IMG/VR virus record: IMGVR_UViG_3300036761_004206
Span: 1-59,479 of that record
Strand: one strand, 5' to 3'
From: a virus
Taxonomy: Duplodnaviria > Caudoviricetes
Length of the DNA: 59,479 nt
Below the pieces are notes generated by a model. The model was not told the origin of the DNA and searched no databases. It saw only the letters and a program-made list of their open reading frames with translations. Shown here in pieces: positions 10,177 to 18,754 of the stretch. The translations under genes and the position numbers were made by a program. Every line of letters starts with the position of its first letter. Position 1 is the stretch's first letter.

Positions 10177-10935
10177 TTTCTCAATCCTCTTAAGGACTCT
10201 TTTCATTAGTTCCTTTTTACTAATAACAATGATAGGCTGTCCTGTATTTGGATTGATCTTAGTTTTTCCAGTGCGTGGGTCAATCTTACGCTTCCAGAAT
10301 GGTTTGGCTTTACTCATTGCCATTGGTGTGAAGCATGGGGCGCATTGAATATCAACTTGTGTGCATCTACATATGCATGGGCAGCTACCAGAATCTATTG
10401 TAAATATTTCTGTTATAAGTTCGACAGTAATTTCTTCGCAGTCGTTGACAAAAACAGGTGGCGGGGAACCATTAATTAAAACGGTTCCTATACCGCATCC
10501 GCCACCTATATCAATTGTTGTAGGTGCAGTTACATAACCATTGCCCACTGAGAAGATTTTGCCGCCCAATAGTTCCAAGCAGCAGCATGGTAGACCAAAG
10601 CCACCGCATCTAAGTTCTACACAGACTGTGCGGCATGGTATAGAGCATGGAACGCTACCACATCCCAGCGTAAAATCTCCATCTGCTGAAAAGATTGGCT
10701 TGTCACTAAAATCAGGTAATTCAGGTGCTGGAATTTCTAGTTCCAGATTACTCCATGCTGTTTCTGCAAAAGACGTAGGTGGATCGCAGCCTGCTGGGTT
10801 ATCTTGACTGCGTAAGGCACCACAGTCAAAATAGACCGCTATAACAGGGCAACAAGGTGGGGGACAACAACGGCAGTTACAACCGCAGAATCCGCCTGTT
10901 CCGTGGCAATATGGAGGCTGACAGCCTGTTTTCAT
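10153..10935 (-). CDS. cysteine-rich hypothetical protein
   Basis: 260 aa with about 27 Cys in clusters (CGCNCRCCPPPCC, CCC, CPCICRC); basic C-terminus. Confidence 0.7.
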   Translation of the reverse strand: MKTGCQPPYCHGTGGFCGCNCRCCPPPCCPVIAVYFDCGALRSQDNPAGCDPPTSFAETAWSNLELEIPAPELPDFSDKPIFSADGDFTLGCGSVPCSIPCRTVCVELRCGGFGLPCCCLELLGGKIFSVGNGYVTAPTTIDIGGGCGIGTVLINGSPPPVFVNDCEEITVELITEIFTIDSGSCPCICRCTQVDIQCAPCFTPMAMSKAKPFWKRKIDPRTGKTKINPNTGQPIIVISKKELMKRVLKRIEKSKRRSKN

Positions 10936-10945
10936 TACCTATCCC

Positions 10946-11218
10946 TTAAAGTCCTTTACCAAAGAATTTGTCTGGATATTCAATTTTGACGACACCACTG
11001 CCGTCCGTAGGTTTACCTGTTTTGGGGTTTTCCACCCACCATCTAACTTGTTCAACTGGTATCCCAAGTTGGTCCATGTGACAATCATCTTCGGGAAATA
11101 CTGGAAGGTGAATTTGCTCACCGTTGATAAGAATGGCGACCTTGCATTCGCCCTTTTCTCGGTTGTATAAGAGGCAATTCTTGCACTTCGGTTCTACTTT
11201 CTTTCTTTTCTTTCCCAT
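10946..11218 (-). CDS. hypothetical protein with CxxC..C..C putative metal site
   Basis: 90-aa ORF with GAGGG RBS upstream. Confidence 0.65.
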   Translation of the reverse strand: MGKKRKKVEPKCKNCLLYNREKGECKVAILINGEQIHLPVFPEDDCHMDQLGIPVEQVRWWVENPKTGKPTDGSGVVKIEYPDKFFGKGL

Positions 11219-11244
11219 TCATTGATCCCTCAACTTTCTTACTT

Positions 11245-11400
11245 TCAAGAGTTTTCTCGCTGGGCATATTGTCTCATAAAGTCTCGAAGGACTTCGGAGA
11301 CTGTTTTGTAGTTCTTGCTGCACCGCTTCTGGAATTTTTTGAAAAGCGAAGGGTGGACTCGAAGAACTACATCCTTATCCAGTTTCTCTTTCTTCTGCAT
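11245..11400 (-). CDS. small ribbon-helix-helix (CopG/Arc-like) DNA-binding protein
   Basis: Translated by hand, absent from the ORF track: MQKKEKLDKDVVLRVHPSLFKKFQKRCSKNYKTVSEVLRDFMRQYAQRENS (51 aa), alternating beta strand then two helices with SEVLR. Confidence 0.7.
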   Translation of the reverse strand: MQKKEKLDKDVVLRVHPSLFKKFQKRCSKNYKTVSEVLRDFMRQYAQRENS

Positions 11401-11487
11401 ATGCATTGTATGAGTAATGCCTAGACAAATTTTGAAACAAAATGTTGCATCTTTTTTGGGAAGTAATTATTTTAATGTAACAGAGGA

Positions 11488-12216
11488 TTGAACATGAAAA
11501 TAATTGGTTTATTCTCGCAACTTGCGGGGGGTAAAGATACCGTTGCTAATCACTTGGTAAAAATACTCAATGGTGATTTTGGCGAACCACGGGTAGGTTA
11601 TGCCAGTAATCCAGAATATGAGAAATTAACGCATGATGTACAAATGGAAGCTCTTAGGGATAGGACAGTTAAGGTTGAGTTACCTTGGAAAAGACTTGGG
11701 TTTGCTGATGCTGTCAAACATGTATTCATGCAATCCTTCAATGTAACGTGGGAATGGATCGAAGAATGGAAACGGAAGCCTGAAATTCCGCCTGGTTTTG
11801 ATTTAACCGTTCGCCAAGGTTTGCAACATATTGGGGATGGATTCCGAAAGATACAAAGTGATGTTTGGATTCGCACAGCACTAAGAAATGGCGATCATTC
11901 TATAATCTCTGATGGGCGGTATCTAAATGAAGCTAAGATGATAAGAGAACAGGGCGGTTTTAATGTCCTGCTTTGGCGAAAAAATTTCGAGAATAATGAT
12001 CCTAACCCATCTGAATCACAGATTAGACCGTATATTGATTTCGCTGCAATGCATTATGGGGAAGGCCCAATAAGCGATTTGCCACTTATTGGACCACATC
12101 CTGCTGGTTTTGAATATTTTGATTATTTTCTTATAAACAATGGGACAATAAAAGATTTATACGGCAAAATTAATGATGGACTTATGCATTATTTACAGGA
12201 GACAGGTATTAAATGA
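11488..12216 (+). CDS. deoxynucleoside monophosphate kinase (T4 gp1-like)
   Basis: IIGL...GGKDTVA P-loop, FADAVK, RQGLQ..GD.FR, DVW, ISDGRYLNE, SE motifs. Confidence 0.85.
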   Translation: MNMKIIGLFSQLAGGKDTVANHLVKILNGDFGEPRVGYASNPEYEKLTHDVQMEALRDRTVKVELPWKRLGFADAVKHVFMQSFNVTWEWIEEWKRKPEIPPGFDLTVRQGLQHIGDGFRKIQSDVWIRTALRNGDHSIISDGRYLNEAKMIREQGGFNVLLWRKNFENNDPNPSESQIRPYIDFAAMHYGEGPISDLPLIGPHPAGFEYFDYFLINNGTIKDLYGKINDGLMHYLQETGIK

Positions 12217-12509
12217 ACCCTAACATTTTATTTTTTAGAAACAGTTGTGCCGAAGATGGCATTGAACTCACGCCCAAGGAAGCAAATAAATTTTACAAAG
12301 CATATGTAGCACTGAAAAAAGAAATTGAAGATGCGGTTGCGCAATGTCCTACTTTTTATATGGAGTTATGCAACCGCACAACAGAACAGAAATTAGAAGA
12401 TATAAAACGAATCAATAGGGAACGTGGCGATAGTATGACTTTGAAGGATTATAATGAGTTGCAAGCGACTGTAAAAACGATATGTGAGTTAGAAGGTTAT
12501 GGACATTAA
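12213..12509 (+). CDS. hypothetical protein
   Basis: 98-aa ORF coupled to dNMP kinase (ATGA overlap). Confidence 0.65.
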   Translation: MNPNILFFRNSCAEDGIELTPKEANKFYKAYVALKKEIEDAVAQCPTFYMELCNRTTEQKLEDIKRINRERGDSMTLKDYNELQATVKTICELEGYGH

Positions 12510-12865
12510 AAATATCCGCGCTGCTCATAGGTTACATTGCAATATTTTGAATGCAAAAGTAGATTTGAGTCCCACTTGTTTGTTTCGAGACATTCGATGT
12601 GGTTTGAAAAGTAATATTCCGATTTGTTGTATCTTGTTTTTCATTGTTCGTGGTTGGTTATATTTTTTGATGAATTTTTCTCTTGTGGAAAAGTTTATTA
12701 ACAGTTATCCTTCTAGAACGAAATGGGAATGTAACTATATCCCTTGTTTCATTTGCTTTTTGTTTCGTAGGGTTCGGAAACTCTACGTTTGCCCGCAGAG
12801 TGATGTAAATTGTTGTTGTTTTGGTAAACCAGCAATAGTTCTTTTGTCAGAAGAAAGGTACTTAA

Positions 12866-13450
12866 ATGAGTAAGTTCTTTAAGGTGTGTGTAGCTAGTTT
12901 GGCGGTAGTCGGTTGGACATTTGGTAGTTTTGCTTATGCTACCAATACTCCTCCGAAGTGTACTCCAAAACCGCCTGTGTGTAAGCCACCTGCCCCACCA
13001 TGTAAGCCACCGTCCAACGGTAATGGACAAGGGCATGGTCACGGCAAACCAGACTGTGGCAAGCCTGGCAATCATGGCCAAGGTCATGCTTATGGTCATT
13101 GCAAACCAGGCGGTGATTGCAATAATGGCAATCATGGGAAACCTGGCTGTGGCAATAATGGCAATCATGGGAAACCTGGCTGTGGCAATAATGGCAATCA
13201 TGGGAAACCTGGCGATAAGCCTGGTTGTGGTAAGCCTGGTGATAATGGCAATCACGGCAAGCCCACCTGTAATCCAGGTACTGGTAAGCCGAGTGGTAAT
13301 GGTAATGGTAATAGCAATAGGAACGCTAATGCGAATAACAATAACAACAACAATAACAACACCAATACTAACAATAACACTATCAACAATGCTAATAACA
13401 TTAACATTGGTAACAGCATCAATATTGGGAACAGTGTTTGGCCTCAGTAA
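12866..13450 (+). CDS. secreted low-complexity Cys/Pro/Gly/Asn/His-rich protein
   Basis: Signal peptide ending AYA; CKPP and GKPGCGNNGNH repeats; poly-Asn tail. Confidence 0.75.
   Translation: MSKFFKVCVASLAVVGWTFGSFAYATNTPPKCTPKPPVCKPPAPPCKPPSNGNGQGHGHGKPDCGKPGNHGQGHAYGHCKPGGDCNNGNHGKPGCGNNGNHGKPGCGNNGNHGKPGDKPGCGKPGDNGNHGKPTCNPGTGKPSGNGNGNSNRNANANNNNNNNNNTNTNNNTINNANNINIGNSINIGNSVWPQ
13119..13213 (+). repeat. 33-bp coding tandem repeat (~3 copies)
   Basis: GGCAATAATGGCAATCATGGGAAACCTGGCTGT units encoding GNNGNHGKPGC. Confidence 0.9.
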
Positions 13451-13470
13451 TTGATGTTAGGAGATTTAAC

Positions 13471-14667
13471 GTGAAAACTTTGATTAGCTTTGGATTTTTG
13501 GTAGTAGGTTTGACTGTCGTGAGCAATGCTTACGCGGCAGGAAATAACAACAATAAGGGTAAGGGGAATGGCTCGCCCATCCCCGCGCTCGCCCCCGCCC
13601 CTAATGTCCAACAACAGTTGTTACAACAACTGAATCAGAAGAAGCATAATTCTGGTCATCCAGGGTCTAATGGACCTGTAGGACAGCGGCCCGAACGTCC
13701 TGGCTTGGGCCAGCAACAACCTTGGACGTGTACGAAACCCCCAGGCCAGCAGACTCAGTGTATAAAGCCTGGTAATGGAAATAGCAATACTAATGGAAAT
13801 GGAAATGGTAATTGGAATGGAAATAAGAATGGTAATGCTAACGCCAATGCCAATAAGAATAATAACACTAATAGAATCAATAACTCGAATGATATAAGCA
13901 TTAAATTGAATCTTGGCAAGAATGGTAGTGGCGGCACTGGCACTGGTACTGGTACTGGTACTTGGGACGGCAACTTCGGTGGCGGTTTCAATAACGGTGG
14001 TTACGGTGGCGGTTATCCTAGTGGTGGTGGCGGCGGTTATACGGCGGGGGGTTATAGTCCAACTGGTGGGGCTTATGCACCAACATTTTCCTATAACAAT
14101 TCGTATGACTTTAGTGGTAATGGATTTGGGGCAATGCCAGTTGGTGTTGCAGCAGTAGGTTTGCCACCTGTACCAAATGCAGTTGCTTTTAATGAAGATG
14201 ACCCTAATACAGCCTGGGTAACACTGGAGTTGCCTAGTGAGGATGCCGAAGTGTGGCTTAATGGTGCAAAGATGCCGCATAAAGGACTGGTTAGGAAGTA
14301 TGTAACGCCGCCTTTGGAGAAGGACAAGATTTATAACTACGAAATCAAGGTCCAGTGGCCTGATAAGGGTCGTGCCAAGGGTGCCAAATTGAATTATGCG
14401 ACGATGCTACAATTCAAGGCTGGCGACGAGATTCTTCATAAGGTTCCAGTAGAAGGTGATGGCAAGGCAGCAGCCCCCGCACCCAATAAGGAACAAAATC
14501 CTCAAGATGAGGCTAAATTGATGAATCAGCGGCTCAATTGGGCCAAAGACTTGCTCAAAGAAGGCAAGAAAGACAAGGCTAAAGAGCGTCTGAAAGAGAT
14601 TGTGGATAAGAGTCCCGATAGTCCTGCTGGCAAAGAAGCCAAGGAACTATTAAGCAAGATTGACTAA
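13471..14667 (+). CDS. secreted protein with planctomycete TIGR03000-like domain and C-terminal TPR-like helical hairpin
   Basis: GTG start after AGGAGA; signal peptide ending AYA; AWVTLELPSEDAEVWLNG...G.VRKYVTPPLEKDKIYNYEIKVQW matches my recall of the TIGR03000 pattern; AKDLLKEGKKDKAKERLKEIVDKSPDSPAGKEAKELL tail. Confidence 0.8.
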   Translation: MKTLISFGFLVVGLTVVSNAYAAGNNNNKGKGNGSPIPALAPAPNVQQQLLQQLNQKKHNSGHPGSNGPVGQRPERPGLGQQQPWTCTKPPGQQTQCIKPGNGNSNTNGNGNGNWNGNKNGNANANANKNNNTNRINNSNDISIKLNLGKNGSGGTGTGTGTGTWDGNFGGGFNNGGYGGGYPSGGGGGYTAGGYSPTGGAYAPTFSYNNSYDFSGNGFGAMPVGVAAVGLPPVPNAVAFNEDDPNTAWVTLELPSEDAEVWLNGAKMPHKGLVRKYVTPPLEKDKIYNYEIKVQWPDKGRAKGAKLNYATMLQFKAGDEILHKVPVEGDGKAAAPAPNKEQNPQDEAKLMNQRLNWAKDLLKEGKKDKAKERLKEIVDKSPDSPAGKEAKELLSKID

Positions 14668-14690
14668 TCGCCCTGGCGGAAGGTGAAGGT

Positions 14691-14724
14691 GAAAGGGGTA
14701 GGAAACTACCCCTTTCTTTTTTTT
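14691..14724. terminator. terminator hairpin between convergent genes
   Basis: 11-bp stem GAAAGGGGTAG/CTACCCCTTTC, GAAA tetraloop, T-tract. Confidence 0.75.
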
Positions 14725-15377
14725 ACCAATTTCTTTAGTTTGCCAATACCAACTTCTGTTACTACGATGAAATTCCAGCCTCTAGCGTCACAATATCGTT
14801 TGGCAGATTCCCATTTTGCTTCATTTAACGGGAGCATGGTTTGGCTGGCTGGTTTAATCTCCCAAATCTCAATATGGCCGTCAGCAAACTGTAGGGAAAC
14901 ATCAGGGTAATAGTGGTGTTGATCGCCTTTGTACAAGTAAGGAATTCCTCCTTTTAATGGTTGAGCATCGTAAGCAACAATTTCTGGTATTAGCTCTAGA
15001 CATTCAAATACTTCACACTCGTAACTAGACTGATAGTAAAATTCCTTACCACCATTCTTTATACTAACGAAGTGTCCTTCTCGGAATTTTTGTTTGCCCT
15101 TTTTACTGCCTTTTTTGACACCTTTTTGGTCTTTCCAGACAATAACTCTGGCTGGCCCATTGTATTTTGGCACCAAGTCATGTGGGTGTTTTGCTTTGAA
15201 GTGTAAATTGATATCTCGTACAGGCGCACCGCATCGTCCCAATGGGCATAAGACATATTCTCGCCCTAATTCATGGGCTTCAACGATATGGCTTCTAAAT
15301 GCTTCAAAATCGGAATGTTCTTTTCCACAGACAAAACATTGCCATTTTCTTTTACCGCTATCTTTTTCAAAAAACAT
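14706..15377 (-). CDS. TnsA-like / T4 gp4-like PD-(D/E)XK endonuclease with two N-terminal C2H2 zinc fingers
   Basis: YQSSYE, IPY, YYPD, EIKP, KWESAKRYC..RGWNFIVVTE; CFVC..H...H and CPLGRC..H...H; start placed at MFFEKDS. Confidence 0.8.
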   Translation of the reverse strand: MFFEKDSGKRKWQCFVCGKEHSDFEAFRSHIVEAHELGREYVLCPLGRCGAPVRDINLHFKAKHPHDLVPKYNGPARVIVWKDQKGVKKGSKKGKQKFREGHFVSIKNGGKEFYYQSSYECEVFECLELIPEIVAYDAQPLKGGIPYLYKGDQHHYYPDVSLQFADGHIEIWEIKPASQTMLPLNEAKWESAKRYCDARGWNFIVVTEVGIGKLKKLVKKRKG

Positions 15378-15378
15378 A

Positions 15379-15804
15379 TCATTCCCTATCTTTAAGATTA
15401 ATAACATTCGCACCGAATTTGCTAATAGGTTCAATGTGAAGATTGGCAGGCGGTGCTTCATCCTGACATGGGCATTTCATAAGCTCGTTTTCAGCTTCAT
15501 CTCTCGTAATTACGTCTATTTGTGGCATATCCTGCATTCCAAATATGTTCTCAGTTGAATTGCCATTTAAGGCTTGGATCAAGTCAAAAGCATTAAAGTT
15601 AGCGTCGTCAACTGGTCCCTCATCTTCATCAGGGTTCATCATACGGGCAAAGACGATGCGACTATCTTCGGGCGCTCCGAAGACAGATTCTCCTTTTTTG
15701 AAAAACATGATTAGATTTTTGCCATCTATGATACTTTTAACCTTACCTTGTTTTTCTTCTTTCTTTTTATCTTCAATAATTGTAAACCATCTTTTAAATT
15801 CCAT
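15379..15804 (-). CDS. hypothetical protein with CTS-like N-terminus
   Basis: 141-aa ORF beginning MEFKRWF; GAGGA RBS. Confidence 0.7.
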   Translation of the reverse strand: MEFKRWFTIIEDKKKEEKQGKVKSIIDGKNLIMFFKKGESVFGAPEDSRIVFARMMNPDEDEGPVDDANFNAFDLIQALNGNSTENIFGMQDMPQIDVITRDEAENELMKCPCQDEAPPANLHIEPISKFGANVINLKDRE

Positions 15805-15832
15805 TTATCCTCATTTGTAATAAATCAGTAAA

Positions 15833-16339
15833 CTATTTTTTGCTTCTTATATCCCAAGCTATTAATTGTTTATCGCCTCTGAGTAGTGCCGCTATAAACC
15901 TGCCGACACCAAATTCAATCACCCCATTAACCATCACCGATGGTTTTGCCGTGCTACCTTGGAACTGTTTATATTGTTGATATCGACCTGGGTTTGGATC
16001 GTACACTTTACCCGCAGGAACATTTAACCCCCACTTTTTATTTATCTCTTGAATTATATCGTGCGGTGTTCTTGAAATAGCTTCCAGATTTTCCTTATTT
16101 TGTAACAAAGTAGTTGTATTCATCGCTACTGGTTGTTTGCTCGCCAATTGCCAAGAACTTATCCATTGAATATCCTCCTGATTAGGATTAGGTCTTTCTT
16201 CAAGTATCTCTTTTTGCAACATTTCTGGAAAACGACTGACTATTTGTATCCACTCTGGTTGTTTGCCTTGTAATACTTGCTGAACGTTGATTATAGACGC
16301 ATCTCCTTCTTTCAATATTAACCATTCTATAAACTTCAT
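15833..16339 (-). CDS. hypothetical protein, degenerate ParB/Srx-like C-terminus, CTS-like N-terminus
   Basis: Begins MKFIEWL; PSVMVNGVIEFGVGRFIAALLRG resembles the ParB DG.HR..A motif. Confidence 0.6.
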   Translation of the reverse strand: MKFIEWLILKEGDASIINVQQVLQGKQPEWIQIVSRFPEMLQKEILEERPNPNQEDIQWISSWQLASKQPVAMNTTTLLQNKENLEAISRTPHDIIQEINKKWGLNVPAGKVYDPNPGRYQQYKQFQGSTAKPSVMVNGVIEFGVGRFIAALLRGDKQLIAWDIRSKK

Positions 16340-16402
16340 ACCAATATTTAGATGGTTTGTTTTGTTTCTTAAAGGCTGTCATAATGATTGTATTTGCCAT
16401 TT

Positions 16403-17251
16403 TTAATGATTGTATTTGCCATTTTTTATGTTACTGATTGTAGCTTCTCCTAGATTTAGTATTTTAGCTATTTCTTTTTGTGGCACTTTATTGTTCAGTA
16501 ATCGGAAAGTTTTTCTGATTGTCTTATTGTTGACTTTGGCTGCGTGTCTTTTATTTGGTGGCTTATAGTTTGATAAATCTACCTTGTAGAATAGTTGTTT
16601 ACACGGCAGATATTTTTTTACCATTTCTATAAAATTAAAATAAGAACAGGATAATATTACGATTTCTGGTTTTTCCTTATTTATCCTTACCTTGCAGTTA
16701 ATCCCCAACTTGTTAATTTCTTTTGTTAATATATTGCATTCTTGAGTTGTGAAAGCTAGAGTATGCAGGACTGCATTTCTTTGTTTGTATTTACTATTTG
16801 TATTGTGGAGATTTGTGCCATCGTCAAAATACCATACAGCAAGAGATAATTCGGTTAATGATATATCATTTGGTACTATTTTTATTCTTCTTTTATTTTT
16901 ATCTAATAGGTAATCTCCATTCACATTTCTGGCATACCACGTTTGTTCTAATTTCCTAAAAATAGGGTGTTTTTTTGTTCTGAAAACACAAATGTTACAA
17001 AATTCTGTCTTGCTGCGTATTGGAGTATTTCTAATTTTATCAAATCCATCTATTTTTGCCCGTTTTTCTGTTGTAATTGATAGTGAGAATGGTTTGAATT
17101 TTTCACATAACCACTCGTTATATTCTTTTTGTTGCTCGCAATGACCCACTCTGAAGGCGGAATTTTGATTGCCATAAAGTTTTACAAGGTTGCCATCGCC
17201 TAGCATACAACCAGTCAATATCTCATTTTGCTCAATATTTAATTCATCCAT
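16403..17251 (-). mobile_element. free-standing LAGLIDADG homing endonuclease with C-terminal HTH
   Basis: LTGCMLGDG and LAVWYFDDG motifs; QKEIAKILNLGEATISNIKNG HTH; AT-rich. Confidence 0.88.
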
Positions 17252-17298
17252 GCATTATATTAGTATTGTAAATAGTATTTTAGTAAGTAAATAAGTAT

Positions 17299-17733
17299 AT
17301 GGATTTTAGTTTTAAACAGTTTTTTGAATTACATAGGGGGCCAACCAAGCATAAACCCAAGAAGGGTAATTATATTGATGGGCTTTGGCAAGAATTAGGT
17401 ATTGACCGTAATTCACTACCAGATTTTATAGAAAGTGGACCCATAGAAGTTGAAGATGAAGGTCTGCTTTATAATCAAGCTATATGGCAGATTATTAAAC
17501 CTATAGAAGACACCGATCTTTATGTAAGAATTAGGTTTTATCAGAGCAAGTCGCCCAATTTTGAAAGGGCATATGTTCGTCATAATGATGGGCAGTTAAG
17601 TCCCTATCAAGGTAAGTGTGAAGGTAAAACACACCTTATTTCCATTCAGAAACTTGCCAATATTCTTGGCAAAGGATGGCAGGCGGCGACTTCTCAAGCA
17701 GGCGGAATGCCAGGAGGAGGAATGCCAGTATGA
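17299..17733 (+). CDS. hypothetical protein with CTS-like N-terminus
   Basis: Begins MDFSFKQFFE; TAAATA 5 nt upstream of ATG. Confidence 0.7.
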   Translation: MDFSFKQFFELHRGPTKHKPKKGNYIDGLWQELGIDRNSLPDFIESGPIEVEDEGLLYNQAIWQIIKPIEDTDLYVRIRFYQSKSPNFERAYVRHNDGQLSPYQGKCEGKTHLISIQKLANILGKGWQAATSQAGGMPGGGMPV

Positions 17734-17948
17734 ACTTTAAACAATGGTACTTAAACGAGGTGGGAACAGGCACAAATTGTGTCGCAGTATTTGCTAGACC
17801 TATTTTTGGAGCGGACTTGGTACAAAGAACGTGGCCACCTTCTTTTGGTAGTGATGAAGAAGGGGAGCTTTGTAAATCACAAGGCAAACCAGGCGGCGTT
17901 ACCGATTTAGGCTATGGCTGTGGAGACGGGCCTCGTAAGAAAAGATAA
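17730..17948 (+). CDS. small hypothetical protein with CTS-like N-terminus
   Basis: Start MNFKQWYLNE at ATGA overlap, preceded by GGAGGAGG. Confidence 0.65.
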   Translation: MNFKQWYLNEVGTGTNCVAVFARPIFGADLVQRTWPPSFGSDEEGELCKSQGKPGGVTDLGYGCGDGPRKKR

Positions 17949-18142
17949 AAATAAATTGCGTTGATATTTACTATATGATATAGATGGTTTCACGGATGAC
18001 CAATAGTTAAACTTGGCACTACAATGTCAGCGGTACGGGGAAGCCGAAAGTTACTTATTTTATTTACTTTTGATTTACCTAATTTTTTAATTGTGTAGTA
18101 ACAACGAATTCCCCATCATTTTTATCAAATAGAGGTTTATTC

Positions 18143-18745
18143 ATGCGCAAATTTATAGCAGCATTATTGCTACTATTCGTTTTTTCGTCTTCAACCTTTT
18201 CTCAAGTTAGTATTAAAAAAGAACATCGCGTTTCAAATCAAGTTTTCGAAACAGGTTATTGTGCCTGGTGTTGCATCGAAACTATTGGCAGACATCACGG
18301 CATTGAAACCCTGCACAATTTAGCAAAAAACCGATCCAAAGAATTCACCTGGACTTGGGACGCAAAGAAAAAAGTTTGGGAAAAGTCGCCTTATGTCATG
18401 GTGGATTATGGAACTTACAAATCTCTGGAATTACGTTCTCCTGGTCCACATCAAGCATTAGCGAATAAATTAAATGAATTGAAAGTAAAATATCGCTACC
18501 AAAATTATTACAATTATGATAAAACTATCATTAAGAATGCAATCAAGAACAATCAGCCTTGTTTGGTTGTTGTGAAGTGCTTTTGGGGTAAGCCATCTGA
18601 AGATACTCATGCTATCATTCTTTTGGATTATAACGATGATGGTATAAAGTTTTTTGATCCTAATAGCCCTGAATCCAACTACACAGCAACTCACCAATGG
18701 TTTAACTATTATTGGATTGGTTATGTTCTAGTGATTGAAAATTAG
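18143..18745 (+). CDS. secreted C39-like (papain-fold) cysteine peptidase
   Basis: Signal peptide; GYCAWCC nucleophile region, HAIILLDY, FFDPN. Confidence 0.7.
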   Translation: MRKFIAALLLLFVFSSSTFSQVSIKKEHRVSNQVFETGYCAWCCIETIGRHHGIETLHNLAKNRSKEFTWTWDAKKKVWEKSPYVMVDYGTYKSLELRSPGPHQALANKLNELKVKYRYQNYYNYDKTIIKNAIKNNQPCLVVVKCFWGKPSEDTHAIILLDYNDDGIKFFDPNSPESNYTATHQWFNYYWIGYVLVIEN

Positions 18746-18754
18746 GAGTCACAA

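Noticed and set aside
12499-12873. 124-aa ORF as a real gene
   Set aside because: Cys/Phe-rich composition typical of translated T-rich non-coding DNA; no recognisable motif
12749-14327. Alternative-frame ORFs 12749-13255(-), 12921-13454(+), 13621-14280(-) and similar
   Set aside because: Shadow ORFs produced by low-complexity repeats of the real secreted-protein genes
14706-15377. Tn7-like transposon
   Set aside because: Only a TnsA-like domain; no TnsB/TnsC/TniQ or terminal repeats
17881-18050. c-di-GMP-I (GEMM) riboswitch
   Set aside because: GGCAAACC and GCCGAAAG words occur, but the GNRA-capped P2 and GACGCAAA element are missing and the first word lies within a CDS
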